Origin: Nitrospirales bacterium
Lineage (GTDB): Bacteria > Nitrospirota > Nitrospiria > Nitrospirales > UBA8639
Reading direction: 5' to 3'
NCBI GenBank assembly: GCA_963422365.1
Contig: OY729426.1
Coordinates: forward strand, 1,888,001 to 1,952,000
Length of the DNA stretch: 64,000 bases
In this document: positions 29,568-39,098 of the stretch, piece after piece
Numbering within the stretch: position 1 is the stretch's first letter
Layout of the letters: the number at the start of each line of letters is the position of its first letter
Notes under the pieces: model-generated
Told to the model about the DNA's origin: nothing
Database searches by the model: none
What the model saw: only the letters and a program-made list of their open reading frames with translations
Translations under genes and position numbers: made by a program

Positions 29568-30407
29568 CTATCGCCCAATTTCTCCCAGGGGTTGTTCGGT
29601 GACGATACAGGCTCCTCGGGGATTTTCAGCAAGAACGTTGCAGGACAAGAGCTGGTCGAGTTCCGGTGTTGGTCGGCAGTCGGGTGTCATGACGATTCCC
29701 CAGTGGCAATTGTCGTGACATTCATTCTCCAAGATCAATGCCTGGGCCCCGTAAAACAGGAGTATGCCGCTGAGCATATTGTGATGACAGATATTTTTCA
29801 GTAAATCCGGTCGTGTGCCATCATCTCGAACCGCTAAGCCGAAATGGTGATTGTGGGAACACGTGTTCTTGGTTAAGTAAGGCTGCGCACCGGCAAAACA
29901 AAAAATGCCTGATTCGCGATTCTGACACACCTCATTTTCCATAAGGGACGGCCGGCAGTTTGGGCCATAAATGACAATTCCCGAGAGTAGGCCTTCGGTT
30001 GCCCGACACTGCGTAATTGTACAGGTGGAATCGAAAATATTAATCGCGGAATGTTGGTCGCTTCCGACGTAACGAAAAGTAAGACCGGAAATGCGTCCGC
30101 TGGGGACTTGTTGCAGATACAATGGGCCGCTCTTGCGGCTAAAGATTTGGACGTGGTCTCGTCCCGCTCCGATTAATTGAATGGGTTGTTGTGTGCCGAA
30201 CAGACGATCTTCATAGATACCCGGTCGAATAAAAATCTGGTCATCGGGTCCCGCATCCTTGAGGGCTGCGCTTGGGCGGGGATAACAAGCTGCGTCGGTG
30301 TGATCGACAATGAGGGTTTTGCCACCTTCAGGATTCCGAGGGGGTTCGTTGAGAAAGGGTGGGTTTCGCAAGGAATCCAAAGGCGATGAGGAGAGATTGT
30401 CTGGCAT
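29568..30407 (-). CDS. Right-handed parallel beta-helix repeat protein
   Basis: IFIRPGIYE, LIGAG, repeated N.C..N..SGI units. Confidence 0.85.
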   Translation of the reverse strand: MPDNLSSSPLDSLRNPPFLNEPPRNPEGGKTLIVDHTDAACYPRPSAALKDAGPDDQIFIRPGIYEDRLFGTQQPIQLIGAGRDHVQIFSRKSGPLYLQQVPSGRISGLTFRYVGSDQHSAINIFDSTCTITQCRATEGLLSGIVIYGPNCRPSLMENEVCQNRESGIFCFAGAQPYLTKNTCSHNHHFGLAVRDDGTRPDLLKNICHHNMLSGILLFYGAQALILENECHDNCHWGIVMTPDCRPTPELDQLLSCNVLAENPRGACIVTEQPLGEIGR

Positions 30408-30449
30408 TTGTGGTCGTCTATTCTCTAGACTGTCCGGATGAATTTTATC

Positions 30450-30478
30450 TTGACAATGACGTAAAACTGAAGTAATAA
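30450..30478 (+). promoter_or_regulatory. Putative sigma70 promoter of the porin-amt-glnK-amt-glnA operon
   Basis: TTGACA-N17-TAATAA immediately upstream of the structured leader. Confidence 0.5.
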
Positions 30479-30489
30479 AAAAACAATGT

Positions 30490-30544
30490 CAAGACATTGG
30501 TGTCTTGTACGCGAGCGCTTATTTTTGAAGGACGATGAAGTCCT
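30490..30544 (+). promoter_or_regulatory. Dual hexaloop hairpin, ANTAR-target-like RNA motif
   Basis: P1 CAAGAC-ATTGGT-GTCTTG, 21-nt linker, P2 AGGAC-GATGAA-GTCCT; C-G closing pairs, G at loop position 4; P2 overlaps the terminator. Confidence 0.75.
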
Positions 30545-30577
30545 CATCCATGAAAGAATGGTTGAGGACTTTTTTTT
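30538..30577 (+). terminator. Intrinsic terminator within the operon leader (attenuator)
   Basis: AAGTCCTCA-T-CCAT-GAAAGA-ATGG-T-TGAGGACTT running into a T8 tract, about 130 nt upstream of the first CDS. Confidence 0.88.
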
Positions 30578-30707
30578 GTCTGGGCGGAGCCTTGCAGAAG
30601 TTGAATGAAGTGAAGCGCTCCTTCATTCACGACAAGTCGCGCACAAGGGCGTGTGCTGAATGGAATCTATCTCTCCAACAACGAATTTCGACTAAGGAGA
30701 ACTGAAA

Positions 30708-31931
30708 ATGGCTGAATGGATTATGAAGCGAATGTGTTTGTTTATTTTTGGTATTGCCGTGGCGGGGTGGCTTCCTGCACCACTATTGAGTTCGGTGGCT
30801 CTGGCGGAAGATGAGGATCAATCTTTGGCGAAGAAATTAGATCTTTCGCTGTATGGCTATGTGGAAGCCTCGTATACACAAAATTTCAACAATCCTTCTA
30901 CGGGGGTGAATAACAATCGGAGTTTTGACGGCGATGCGAATTCCTTTCGACCCAACATGGCGCAGATCGTCCTGGAGAAGGTCGCGAGTTCAGGAGGGTC
31001 ACTGACTGATCGGGCAGGATTCCGCATTAAGCTGAATGCCGGTGAAGACGCCAAATTTACCGGCGGAAGCAGCGGCAATGACGATTTTGATTTTCAAGAA
31101 GCCTACGTCCAATACATTGCGCCCATAGGAAACGGTGTCATGTTTCAAGCCGGTCGCATGAACACGCTGATCGGATATGAAGTGATCGAAAGCCCGCTCA
31201 ATCCCAATTTCTCCCGGTCCTTTCTGTTCGGCATGGGAGAACCCTTCACGGTAACGGGGCTTCGCGCAGCGTATGACTTTACGGACAATGTCTCGTTTGC
31301 GGTCAGCGCCATCAATTCATTTACGGGATCGCAATCCGATGAAAATAGCAGCAAATCCGTCGAGGCGCTCCTTTCTCTCGCCCCTATGGATAACGTGGGG
31401 GTGTCCGTGTTTGGTTTTTGGGGGCCTGAAGGCGATCGAGGACAAAAAGATACGGACCGTGTGCAGGTGGGAGGAATTCTGGACGTACAGGTCACCGACC
31501 AACTGGAACTCGTGCTTGAAGGCTATTATGGGAATCATGCAAATCATCCTGATGATCCAGGATTGGTCAATGCCCGTTGGAATGGGGTCGCGGGATATTT
31601 CATTTATGACTTTACCGACCAGTGGGGATTCCACGTCCGGGGTGAAGTCTTTGAAGACGCGGCAGGCAAATTCTCGTGTGCCGGTGGTGGTGGCAATGCC
31701 CTTGCCTGCCCTGGACATAATGAAGAGAATTATAAAGGTGAAGAGAATTATAAAGGGCCTAGCCAAACATTGTGGGAAACGACGTGGACCCTGCAATACA
31801 AGCCGGTTCCCAATCTCATTACACGAGCGGAATTCCGGTACGATAAGTCCGACAGGAATACGTTTCAAAATGGCGCCGGTGTGGGCAATAATCAATCAAC
31901 CTTAGCCGCGGAAGCGATCTTCCTCTTTTAG
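30708..31931 (+). CDS. Outer-membrane beta-barrel porin (DUF1597/BBP2-like)
   Basis: Signal peptide; YGYVEASY, QEAYVQY, GRMNTLIGYEVIESPLNPNFSRS, RAEFRYD; C-terminal Phe; AAGGAG RBS. Confidence 0.88.
   Translation: MAEWIMKRMCLFIFGIAVAGWLPAPLLSSVALAEDEDQSLAKKLDLSLYGYVEASYTQNFNNPSTGVNNNRSFDGDANSFRPNMAQIVLEKVASSGGSLTDRAGFRIKLNAGEDAKFTGGSSGNDDFDFQEAYVQYIAPIGNGVMFQAGRMNTLIGYEVIESPLNPNFSRSFLFGMGEPFTVTGLRAAYDFTDNVSFAVSAINSFTGSQSDENSSKSVEALLSLAPMDNVGVSVFGFWGPEGDRGQKDTDRVQVGGILDVQVTDQLELVLEGYYGNHANHPDDPGLVNARWNGVAGYFIYDFTDQWGFHVRGEVFEDAAGKFSCAGGGGNALACPGHNEENYKGEENYKGPSQTLWETTWTLQYKPVPNLITRAEFRYDKSDRNTFQNGAGVGNNQSTLAAEAIFLF
31721..31756 (+). repeat. Perfect 18-bp tandem duplication inside the porin gene
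   Basis: TGAAGAGAATTATAAAGG x2, encoding EENYKG EENYKG in frame. Confidence 0.95.
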
Positions 31932-31960
31932 GGAAGTCTTAAGAAACAAGGAGGAAGAAG

Positions 31961-33277
31961 ATGGAACCTAAGACAAGAACATTGCCCACATATTTCAGTC
32001 TGGTCGTCTTGACCGTACTGGGGTTTTTAGTGTTTGCTGCAATCGCGTTCGCAGATGAATCCGGTGAAAATGCAGCGATCAGTGCCGGTGACACAGGATG
32101 GCTTCTGACCTCCTCTGCGTTGGTTCTCGCCATGACCATTCCAGGACTAGCCCTGTTTTACGGCGGGATGGTGCGCAACAAAAACGTGCTGAGCACCATG
32201 ATGTACAGTTTTATTTCCGTGTGCGTGGTCAGCGTGGTCTGGGTGTTGTGGGGCTATACCCTTGCCTTCGGCACGGACGTGGGGGGTGTCATCGGCAATT
32301 TTGAGTTTTTGTGGTCAAACGGCGTTGGGCCGGAAGCTTTTCCCGGAACTGCAGTCCCGCATCTCGCCTTCATGGTCTTTCAGCTCATGTTTGCAGGGAT
32401 TACCGTAGCGCTGATCAGCGGGGCCATTGCGGAACGCATGAAATTCCGGGCCTTCGTGCTGTTTGCAATGCTATGGGCCACTCTGATTTATTCACCGCTT
32501 GCCCATTGGGTCTGGGGTGGTGGATGGCTAGGTGAATTAGGCGCCTTGGATTTTGCCGGCGGCACGGTCGTACACATTAGTTCGGGGGTCGCGGCCCTGG
32601 CCGCAGCGCTTGTGATCGGCAAGCGGCATGGCTATGGGTCAGACAATATGGCTCCTCATAATTTGCCCCTTACAGTTGTTGGGGCCTCCCTATTATGGGT
32701 TGGGTGGTTTGGGTTTAACGCAGGGAGTGCCTTGGCAGCCGATGGTATTGCTGCAGGGGCCTTTGTGGCCACGCACGTGGCCACCTCTGCCGGCGTGTTG
32801 GCGTGGCTGGCCGTGGAATGGATGTATCGAGGGAAACCAACGGTCTTGGGTGGAGCAAGCGGTGCCATTGCCGGTTTGGTGGCGATCACTCCCGCGGCAG
32901 GTTTTGTCGGCCCGATTTCCGCGATTTGGATTGGGCTTGGCGCTGGGGTCTTCTGTTATTTAGCGGTAGTATGGAAATCCAAGTTCGGCTATGATGATGC
33001 TCTCGATGTGCTCGCGATTCATGGCATTGGAGGAACCTGGGGTGCCATAGCCACAGGACTCTTTGCCAGCGTGGGCGGGGGGACCGGCTTGTTTTTCGGA
33101 AATCCGGGGCAAGTCCTGATTCAGGTTATCGGCGTTGGAGCCACTTTGGTGTTTTCGTTTGTCGGCACGTTTATTATTCTGAAAGTGTTGGACATGTTGA
33201 TGGGCCTTCGAGTGAGCAAAGAGGACGAGATTATCGGGCTAGATCTTAGTGAACATAGTGAACAGGCATATGCCTAA
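31961..33277 (+). CDS. amtB: Ammonium transporter (copy 1)
   Basis: PGLALFYGG, FQLMFA, HWVWGGGW, DFAGGTVVH, WFGFNAGSAL, DDALDV..HG. Confidence 0.97.
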   Translation: MEPKTRTLPTYFSLVVLTVLGFLVFAAIAFADESGENAAISAGDTGWLLTSSALVLAMTIPGLALFYGGMVRNKNVLSTMMYSFISVCVVSVVWVLWGYTLAFGTDVGGVIGNFEFLWSNGVGPEAFPGTAVPHLAFMVFQLMFAGITVALISGAIAERMKFRAFVLFAMLWATLIYSPLAHWVWGGGWLGELGALDFAGGTVVHISSGVAALAAALVIGKRHGYGSDNMAPHNLPLTVVGASLLWVGWFGFNAGSALAADGIAAGAFVATHVATSAGVLAWLAVEWMYRGKPTVLGGASGAIAGLVAITPAAGFVGPISAIWIGLGAGVFCYLAVVWKSKFGYDDALDVLAIHGIGGTWGAIATGLFASVGGGTGLFFGNPGQVLIQVIGVGATLVFSFVGTFIILKVLDMLMGLRVSKEDEIIGLDLSEHSEQAYA

Positions 33278-33319
33278 ATCGCGAGTTCTGGTTTCCGTTG
33301 ATGGGAGAAAAAATCATGA

Positions 33320-33730
<411 letters not shown>

Positions 33731-33807
33731 GAGTCTTTTCCAGACTGTTTGCTTTGTCTCACTGACTGGAGACGCAACTGAAGATAACCTGAACCCAAGG
33801 TGGAACC

Positions 33808-35106
33808 GTGAAACACTCGACCTTCTCATTCATGTGGCTATTGGTTGTGGTTCTGAGCTTATGTTGTGGGCTGGCAAACGGATGGGCCCAGGAAGGGACC
33901 TCCGGGGGCATCGATACGGGTGATACGGCATGGATTCTGGTATCGTCTGCATTCGTGTTGTGTATGACGTTTCCTGGATTGGCGCTCTTTTATGGCGGGC
34001 TGGTCCGGAGTAAAAACGTACTTGGGACGCTTATGCATACCGGCGTTATCCTGTGCGGAATCAGTATCGTATGGGTCCTGCTTGGCTACTCATTGGCATT
34101 CGGCACTGACATCGGCGGAATGATCGGCAGTCTCGAATTTCTTGGCTTGCTGGGCGTGGGACAAGACGCCTATCCCGGCACCGGCATTCCTCATTTAGCC
34201 TTTATGATGTTTCAACTCATGTTTGCCGCCATCACTGTGGCTTTGATTACCGGAAGCTTTGCTGAGCGGATGAAATTCACGGCCTTGCTGCTTTTTGCCG
34301 TACTCTGGTCAGTCCTGATTTATTCGCCCCTTGCCCATTGGGTGTGGGGAGGAGGTTGGCTGGCAGAGATGGGCGCGCTGGACTTTGCAGGAGGCGCCGT
34401 TGTGCACATCAGTTCCGGGTTTGCAGCTCTTGTCTGTGCCCTGGTATTAGGAAAGCGCAAAGGCCATGGGATTGAGCCTATGCCTCCTCACAATCTCCCC
34501 ATGACAGTCTTAGGCACAGGGCTATTATGGTTTGGGTGGTTTGGATTTAACGCAGGCAGTGCCTTAGGTGCCAATGGGGGAGCGGCTTCAGCCTTTGTGG
34601 CCACGCATATTGCGGCTTGTGCCGGTGGGGTTAGTTGGGTGGCGGTAGAATGGATCCGAAGCGGTAAGCCGACCGTGCTTGGATTGGCGAGCGGCATTAT
34701 CGCAGGCTTGGCCACCATTACTCCAGCAGCCGGATTTGTAAGGCCCTTGTCAGCTTTAATTATTGGAGTGTTGGCGGGTGTGCTCTGTTATGCAGCCGTT
34801 GTCTGGAAAACAAGACTCGGGTACGATGACTCGCTCGATGTGGTCGGCATTCACGGAGTGGGAGGGTTCATCGGAATCCTGGCAACCGGGTTATTGGCTT
34901 CGGTAGGAGCACAGGGGTTATTTTTCGGGAACCCCTGGCAATTTGTGATCCAGCTAGTGCTGGCCTTTGCCACTATGGTTTTTGCCCTGGTGGGAACCTA
35001 CATTATTTTAAAAGTCGTCGATCTCACTGTGGGTCTTCGCGTTTCATCGGACGATGAAGAAGTCGGGCTGGATTTAAGCCAACATAATGAGCGTGCCTAT
35101 TCCTAA
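33808..35106 (+). CDS. amtB: Ammonium transporter (copy 2)
   Basis: Same Amt motifs: FQLMFA, DFAGGAVVH, WFGFNAGSAL, DDSLDVVGIHG. Confidence 0.97.
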   Translation: MKHSTFSFMWLLVVVLSLCCGLANGWAQEGTSGGIDTGDTAWILVSSAFVLCMTFPGLALFYGGLVRSKNVLGTLMHTGVILCGISIVWVLLGYSLAFGTDIGGMIGSLEFLGLLGVGQDAYPGTGIPHLAFMMFQLMFAAITVALITGSFAERMKFTALLLFAVLWSVLIYSPLAHWVWGGGWLAEMGALDFAGGAVVHISSGFAALVCALVLGKRKGHGIEPMPPHNLPMTVLGTGLLWFGWFGFNAGSALGANGGAASAFVATHIAACAGGVSWVAVEWIRSGKPTVLGLASGIIAGLATITPAAGFVRPLSALIIGVLAGVLCYAAVVWKTRLGYDDSLDVVGIHGVGGFIGILATGLLASVGAQGLFFGNPWQFVIQLVLAFATMVFALVGTYIILKVVDLTVGLRVSSDDEEVGLDLSQHNERAYS

Positions 35107-35167
35107 GAAAGTGTTCGTATTAAAGTTGTGAGATTGGATAATTATTTTGTGAAAAAGGAGGTATGGA

Positions 35168-36577
35168 ATGACTCCGCGTGAGGTATTGGATTTTGCGAAA
35201 AAAAACAAGGTGGAAATGGTTGATTTGAAATTTGTGGACTTGGTCGGGACGTGGCATCATTTTTCTATCCCCACCTCGGAACTGACTCTTGATTTGTTTA
35301 AAGATGGATCAGGATTTGACGGGTCGTCTATCCGTGGGTGGAAAGCGATTCAGAATAGCGACATGCTGGTGTTTCCTGATCCGAACACTGCGAGGGTGGA
35401 TCCGTTTACCGAACTTCCCACTCTCAGCATGGTGTGTAACGTGCAAGATCCAATCACGCATGCAGTCTATGAGCGGGACCCACGAGGCGTGGCTCAACGA
35501 GCGGAGCAATATCTCAAGAGCACCAAAATCGGCGATGTCTCCTATTGGGGACCTGAAGCCGAATTCTTTGTTTTTGATCATGCCAGTTATGATCAAAACA
35601 GTCACTCAGGATATTATTTCATCGACTCCGAGGAGGGTATTTGGAATTCGGGAGAAGACGTCCACAATTTAGGCTCACGGCCTCGGCATAAGGAAGGCTA
35701 TTTCCCCGTCGCCCCAACGGACACGCAACAAGATATCCGCTCCGAAATGGTCAGGGAAATGGAAAAAGTCGGAATTCACGTTGAAAAACACCATCACGAA
35801 GTGGCCACGGCAGGACAAGCTGAAATTGATCTTCGCTTTGATACGTTAGTGAGTATGGCCGACAAAATGATGATGTATAAGTACATTGTCAAAAACGTGG
35901 CCCGGCGTCATAACAAAACCGCGACGTTTATGCCGAAACCGTTATTCCAGGATAATGGAACAGGCATGCATACCCATCAAAGTATTTGGAAAGACGGGAA
36001 ACCGACCTTTGCCGGCAAAGAATATGCGGGTGTTTCGAAAACGTGTTTGTATTACATCGGCGGCGTCCTGAAACATGCTCCGGCCTTAGCGGCGTTTACG
36101 AATCCGACGACCAATTCCTATAAACGGTTGACGCCTGGATTCGAAGCTCCGGTGTTGTTGGCGTATTCCAGCCAGAACAGGTCGGCCGGCATTCGGATTC
36201 CGATGTATTCTTCCAATCCGAAAACTAAACGAATCGAGGTGAGATTTCCCGATCCCTCAGCCAATTTCTATTTGGCGTTTAGTGCGATGCTGATGGCGGG
36301 ACTCGACGGCATTCAAAATAAAATTGACCCGGGCGAAGCCATGGACAAAAATCTCTACGATTTGGAACCGGAAGAAGCGACCAATATTTCAACGGTTCCC
36401 GCAAGTTTGGAAGATGCCATCAACAATTTGGAAAACGACTATCAATTCCTGCTAAAAGGGGGAGTCTTCAGCGAAGATCTAGTGGAAGCCTGGATCGGCT
36501 ACAAGAGGGACAATGAAGTGGATCAGGTCAGAATTCGACCCCATCCGCATGAATTCTTTTTGTACTACGATATTTAA
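35168..36577 (+). CDS. glnA: Glutamine synthetase type I (beta, adenylylatable)
   Basis: [42 protein letters not shown], adenylylation loop KNLYDL. Confidence 0.98.
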   Translation: MTPREVLDFAKKNKVEMVDLKFVDLVGTWHHFSIPTSELTLDLFKDGSGFDGSSIRGWKAIQNSDMLVFPDPNTARVDPFTELPTLSMVCNVQDPITHAVYERDPRGVAQRAEQYLKSTKIGDVSYWGPEAEFFVFDHASYDQNSHSGYYFIDSEEGIWNSGEDVHNLGSRPRHKEGYFPVAPTDTQQDIRSEMVREMEKVGIHVEKHHHEVATAGQAEIDLRFDTLVSMADKMMMYKYIVKNVARRHNKTATFMPKPLFQDNGTGMHTHQSIWKDGKPTFAGKEYAGVSKTCLYYIGGVLKHAPALAAFTNPTTNSYKRLTPGFEAPVLLAYSSQNRSAGIRIPMYSSNPKTKRIEVRFPDPSANFYLAFSAMLMAGLDGIQNKIDPGEAMDKNLYDLEPEEATNISTVPASLEDAINNLENDYQFLLKGGVFSEDLVEAWIGYKRDNEVDQVRIRPHPHEFFLYYDI

Positions 36578-36614
36578 TGTGGCAGGACTTGAGGCCTGGA
36601 GACCTCGTACAATG

Positions 36615-36655
36615 AAAAAGGCGTGTATCTGATTCAATCGCAACGCGCCTTTTTT
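36615..36655. terminator. Probable bidirectional terminator-like hairpin between glnA and the convergent glnE-AT gene
   Basis: AAAAAGGCGTGT...ACGCGCCTTTTTT; overlaps last codons of the minus-strand gene. Confidence 0.6.
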
Positions 36656-39015
36656 CTCCCTCCACGAAACGGGCTCCGTTGTTTCGCGTTCTCTTCGGCT
36701 CTTGTTTGATTATTCTCTACTGCAGGTTTCTCTTCCTGGATTGCTTGTGGGGAAAAAAACTTGGCAAAGAATGTGCGTGACCGGTTCATGCGTTTTTGTA
36801 ACTCGCGTTCAAACGCTCGCGCCCCTTCTTGCCAGACGTCGGTCATATACCCCAATCTTCTTGCGAGGTACGTCATGTTGTCCGACCCTGGTTGCGGCAA
36901 CACTAAGTCCTTGGCATTTCCCCGAACGATACGCAATCCATCGATAACCTTTCGCATAAACAGATAATCTTCCATCAAGATCGTTGCATCGTGACGTGAG
37001 AGAAGTTTTGTCGCTTGAAGGGCTTCAAGCGCTTGCAGAGTGTTGGTTGTATGGAGTGAGGCCTCCCGGTGTCCATGCTGTAATTGGAAGTATTGCACGG
37101 TGTATTCAATATCGATAAGCCCACCCGGGCTGTATTTCACGTGAATGGTTCCCGGAGGAACCAACTCTTGTATCTGCCGGCGGCGCAGGTGTAACGCGGT
37201 GTCTAACGGCCAGGGGGCTTGACCATACACGAATTCATCTCTGTAGCGTTCTATTTGTCGACCAAGGGCAGCATTTCCTGCGACGTGTCGCAGCTTAATC
37301 CAGGCTTGCCGCTCAAAAGGCGCAGCCGCTCCTTCTGTCCGGTAATAGCGTTTAATTTCTTCAAATGAATGAGCCAGCAGGCCTTTTTCTCCGTGAGGTC
37401 GAAGTCGGATATCAAGTTGAAAAATTCCTTCCTGTTTAGCTTCGATCCAACGAAGGAATTCTTGGACGAGTCGCTCAAAGTATTCACCGACGACGGGGTT
37501 GGGAGTATCAGAAATCTTCGAGAACGTCCCGTAGACAAAGATCACCTCAATGTCGGAAGCATAGCCTAGCTCACGCCCTCCCAACTTGCCCAACCCACAA
37601 ATGCTGAACGGCAAAGGGTCCCTCTTCAGCGTGGATGGCAGTATGCGTAACAGATCGACCACCGCCTGAGCCTCACTGAGGGCTTGTGCTAAGATCACTT
37701 CGGCCAAGGTCGTGAGAGATTTGGAGAATGCGGGGAGCGGTATCTTTTTGAGAATATGGTGCATGTCGATACGAAACAACTCCTGATCTTTAAACTGATT
37801 CAATATCGCTTTTCTGATTTCAGCTTTTTTGCTCTTTCTGAGTCTGGACTCTAACGCTTTGGCCAGAGAGGTTTTTGATAAACGGACATGGGGTTGATGA
37901 AACTTTTCAACAATAGGCAAGAGGTTGACGTGTTGCCGGCGAAGGAAGTCTTCCCATAAGAAATCGCTCGTGCCAAATAACCGAGCAAGATTAGCCAACG
38001 AATCCTTTCTGGTGAGCCATTTGATTTGTTTCTTGCTGAGGCGATTTTCCAGGAGCTGATCGAGGAAGTCACTAAAATGATTCAAAGCCTTGCAGGGGTC
38101 AGGAGCCCAGGTGAGGTAATGGGTAAATTCCTTGATGAGGGCTATGGCCACGGTCAGCTCTTGTTGTTCTTGTGCCGAGACGATTTTCTTTCCATACCGA
38201 TCTCTGACAAAAAATCGGTTATAGACGCTCCTCCCGTCTCCTTCGATCGTAGCTTTTGATAACGAGAGCCCTCTCATGGTCAACGCATTCATAAAGGCAT
38301 ACAAAAAAGCCGGAGAATCCGTGGCTCTGATATTGACAACCGTTTCACGTGGAGACAGTGTATTGTTAAAGAAAATTTCAACCGGCTGGACAAGATCGGA
38401 GGTAGACGTTTTTCTTTGTCCAAGAGTTTCGACTAATTTTCGGTTCACCCAACTCCGAACCTCCTGGATTTTCTGTAACTCGAGTAATTGAATCATGTTC
38501 GTCAATTCCCGACTCAGCTCTTTTTGAATGTTGGCATTGAAGAGAGCACCCGGCAGAACGTGAACCCGAAAGATGTCCACGACTTTTTTTCTTGATAACC
38601 CTGACCGCTGAATGTGCCGGCGGATCGGCCATTTGGGTACTCGCATGCGACGTAAGGATTTCGGCAGGAGGGGAGGGGGAGGAGCGGGATGGTCTTGATA
38701 CGTAAAAATAGAGGCTTCACGTATATCGAGGCCATAGGCAGACAGCAACCCGCAAATTGTGGCAAATTCTGCAAAATAGTCGTAGGCAACAATGGTGAGC
38801 CGATACTGGCTTGTATCGTTTGCAGGTTGCACGTGGAGCGTACAGGGGGATTCCAAGGTCAGGGTATTGGCCAAGGCCAGGTGTCGAGCAACAGTTTGTG
38901 GTCGAAATTGTGAGAAATAATCTGGATCCATGCGATCCAGAAAATCTTTGATAACCGTGGGATTGACTTGAGGAGAGAGTTCTTGTAATTCCGTCAGCTC
39001 AAGCGTCTTTTTCAT
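36634..39015 (-). CDS. glnE: GlnE adenylyl-transferase half fused to two N-terminal GlnD-like ACT domains
   Basis: ACT-like LTIVAYD..FATICGLLSAYGLDIREASIFT and FNNTLSPRETVVNIRATDSPAFLY; NT motif GLGKLGGRELGYASDIE, DIRLRPHG, KYSPGGLIDIEY. Confidence 0.85.
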   Translation of the reverse strand: MKKTLELTELQELSPQVNPTVIKDFLDRMDPDYFSQFRPQTVARHLALANTLTLESPCTLHVQPANDTSQYRLTIVAYDYFAEFATICGLLSAYGLDIREASIFTYQDHPAPPPPLLPKSLRRMRVPKWPIRRHIQRSGLSRKKVVDIFRVHVLPGALFNANIQKELSRELTNMIQLLELQKIQEVRSWVNRKLVETLGQRKTSTSDLVQPVEIFFNNTLSPRETVVNIRATDSPAFLYAFMNALTMRGLSLSKATIEGDGRSVYNRFFVRDRYGKKIVSAQEQQELTVAIALIKEFTHYLTWAPDPCKALNHFSDFLDQLLENRLSKKQIKWLTRKDSLANLARLFGTSDFLWEDFLRRQHVNLLPIVEKFHQPHVRLSKTSLAKALESRLRKSKKAEIRKAILNQFKDQELFRIDMHHILKKIPLPAFSKSLTTLAEVILAQALSEAQAVVDLLRILPSTLKRDPLPFSICGLGKLGGRELGYASDIEVIFVYGTFSKISDTPNPVVGEYFERLVQEFLRWIEAKQEGIFQLDIRLRPHGEKGLLAHSFEEIKRYYRTEGAAAPFERQAWIKLRHVAGNAALGRQIERYRDEFVYGQAPWPLDTALHLRRRQIQELVPPGTIHVKYSPGGLIDIEYTVQYFQLQHGHREASLHTTNTLQALEALQATKLLSRHDATILMEDYLFMRKVIDGLRIVRGNAKDLVLPQPGSDNMTYLARRLGYMTDVWQEGARAFERELQKRMNRSRTFFAKFFSPQAIQEEKPAVENNQTRAEENAKQRSPFRGGRKKARCD

Positions 39016-39098
39016 GGCAAATCAGTATACCTTCACGTGTTACTATTGTAAGGACAGGCTGCCAGTTTATCATCAAACGTTTCTCAGCGTTATTCCAG

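Noticed and set aside
30454..30463. AC-AATGAC-GT hexaloop-like sequence resembling an ANTAR hairpin
   Set aside because: Only a 2-bp contiguous stem and it lies inside the predicted promoter, so probably not transcribed.
31273..31905. Long alternative-frame and antisense ORFs over the porin gene with an apparent repeat (KRIIK x2)
   Set aside because: Shadows of the porin CDS; the repeat is the same 18-bp duplication.
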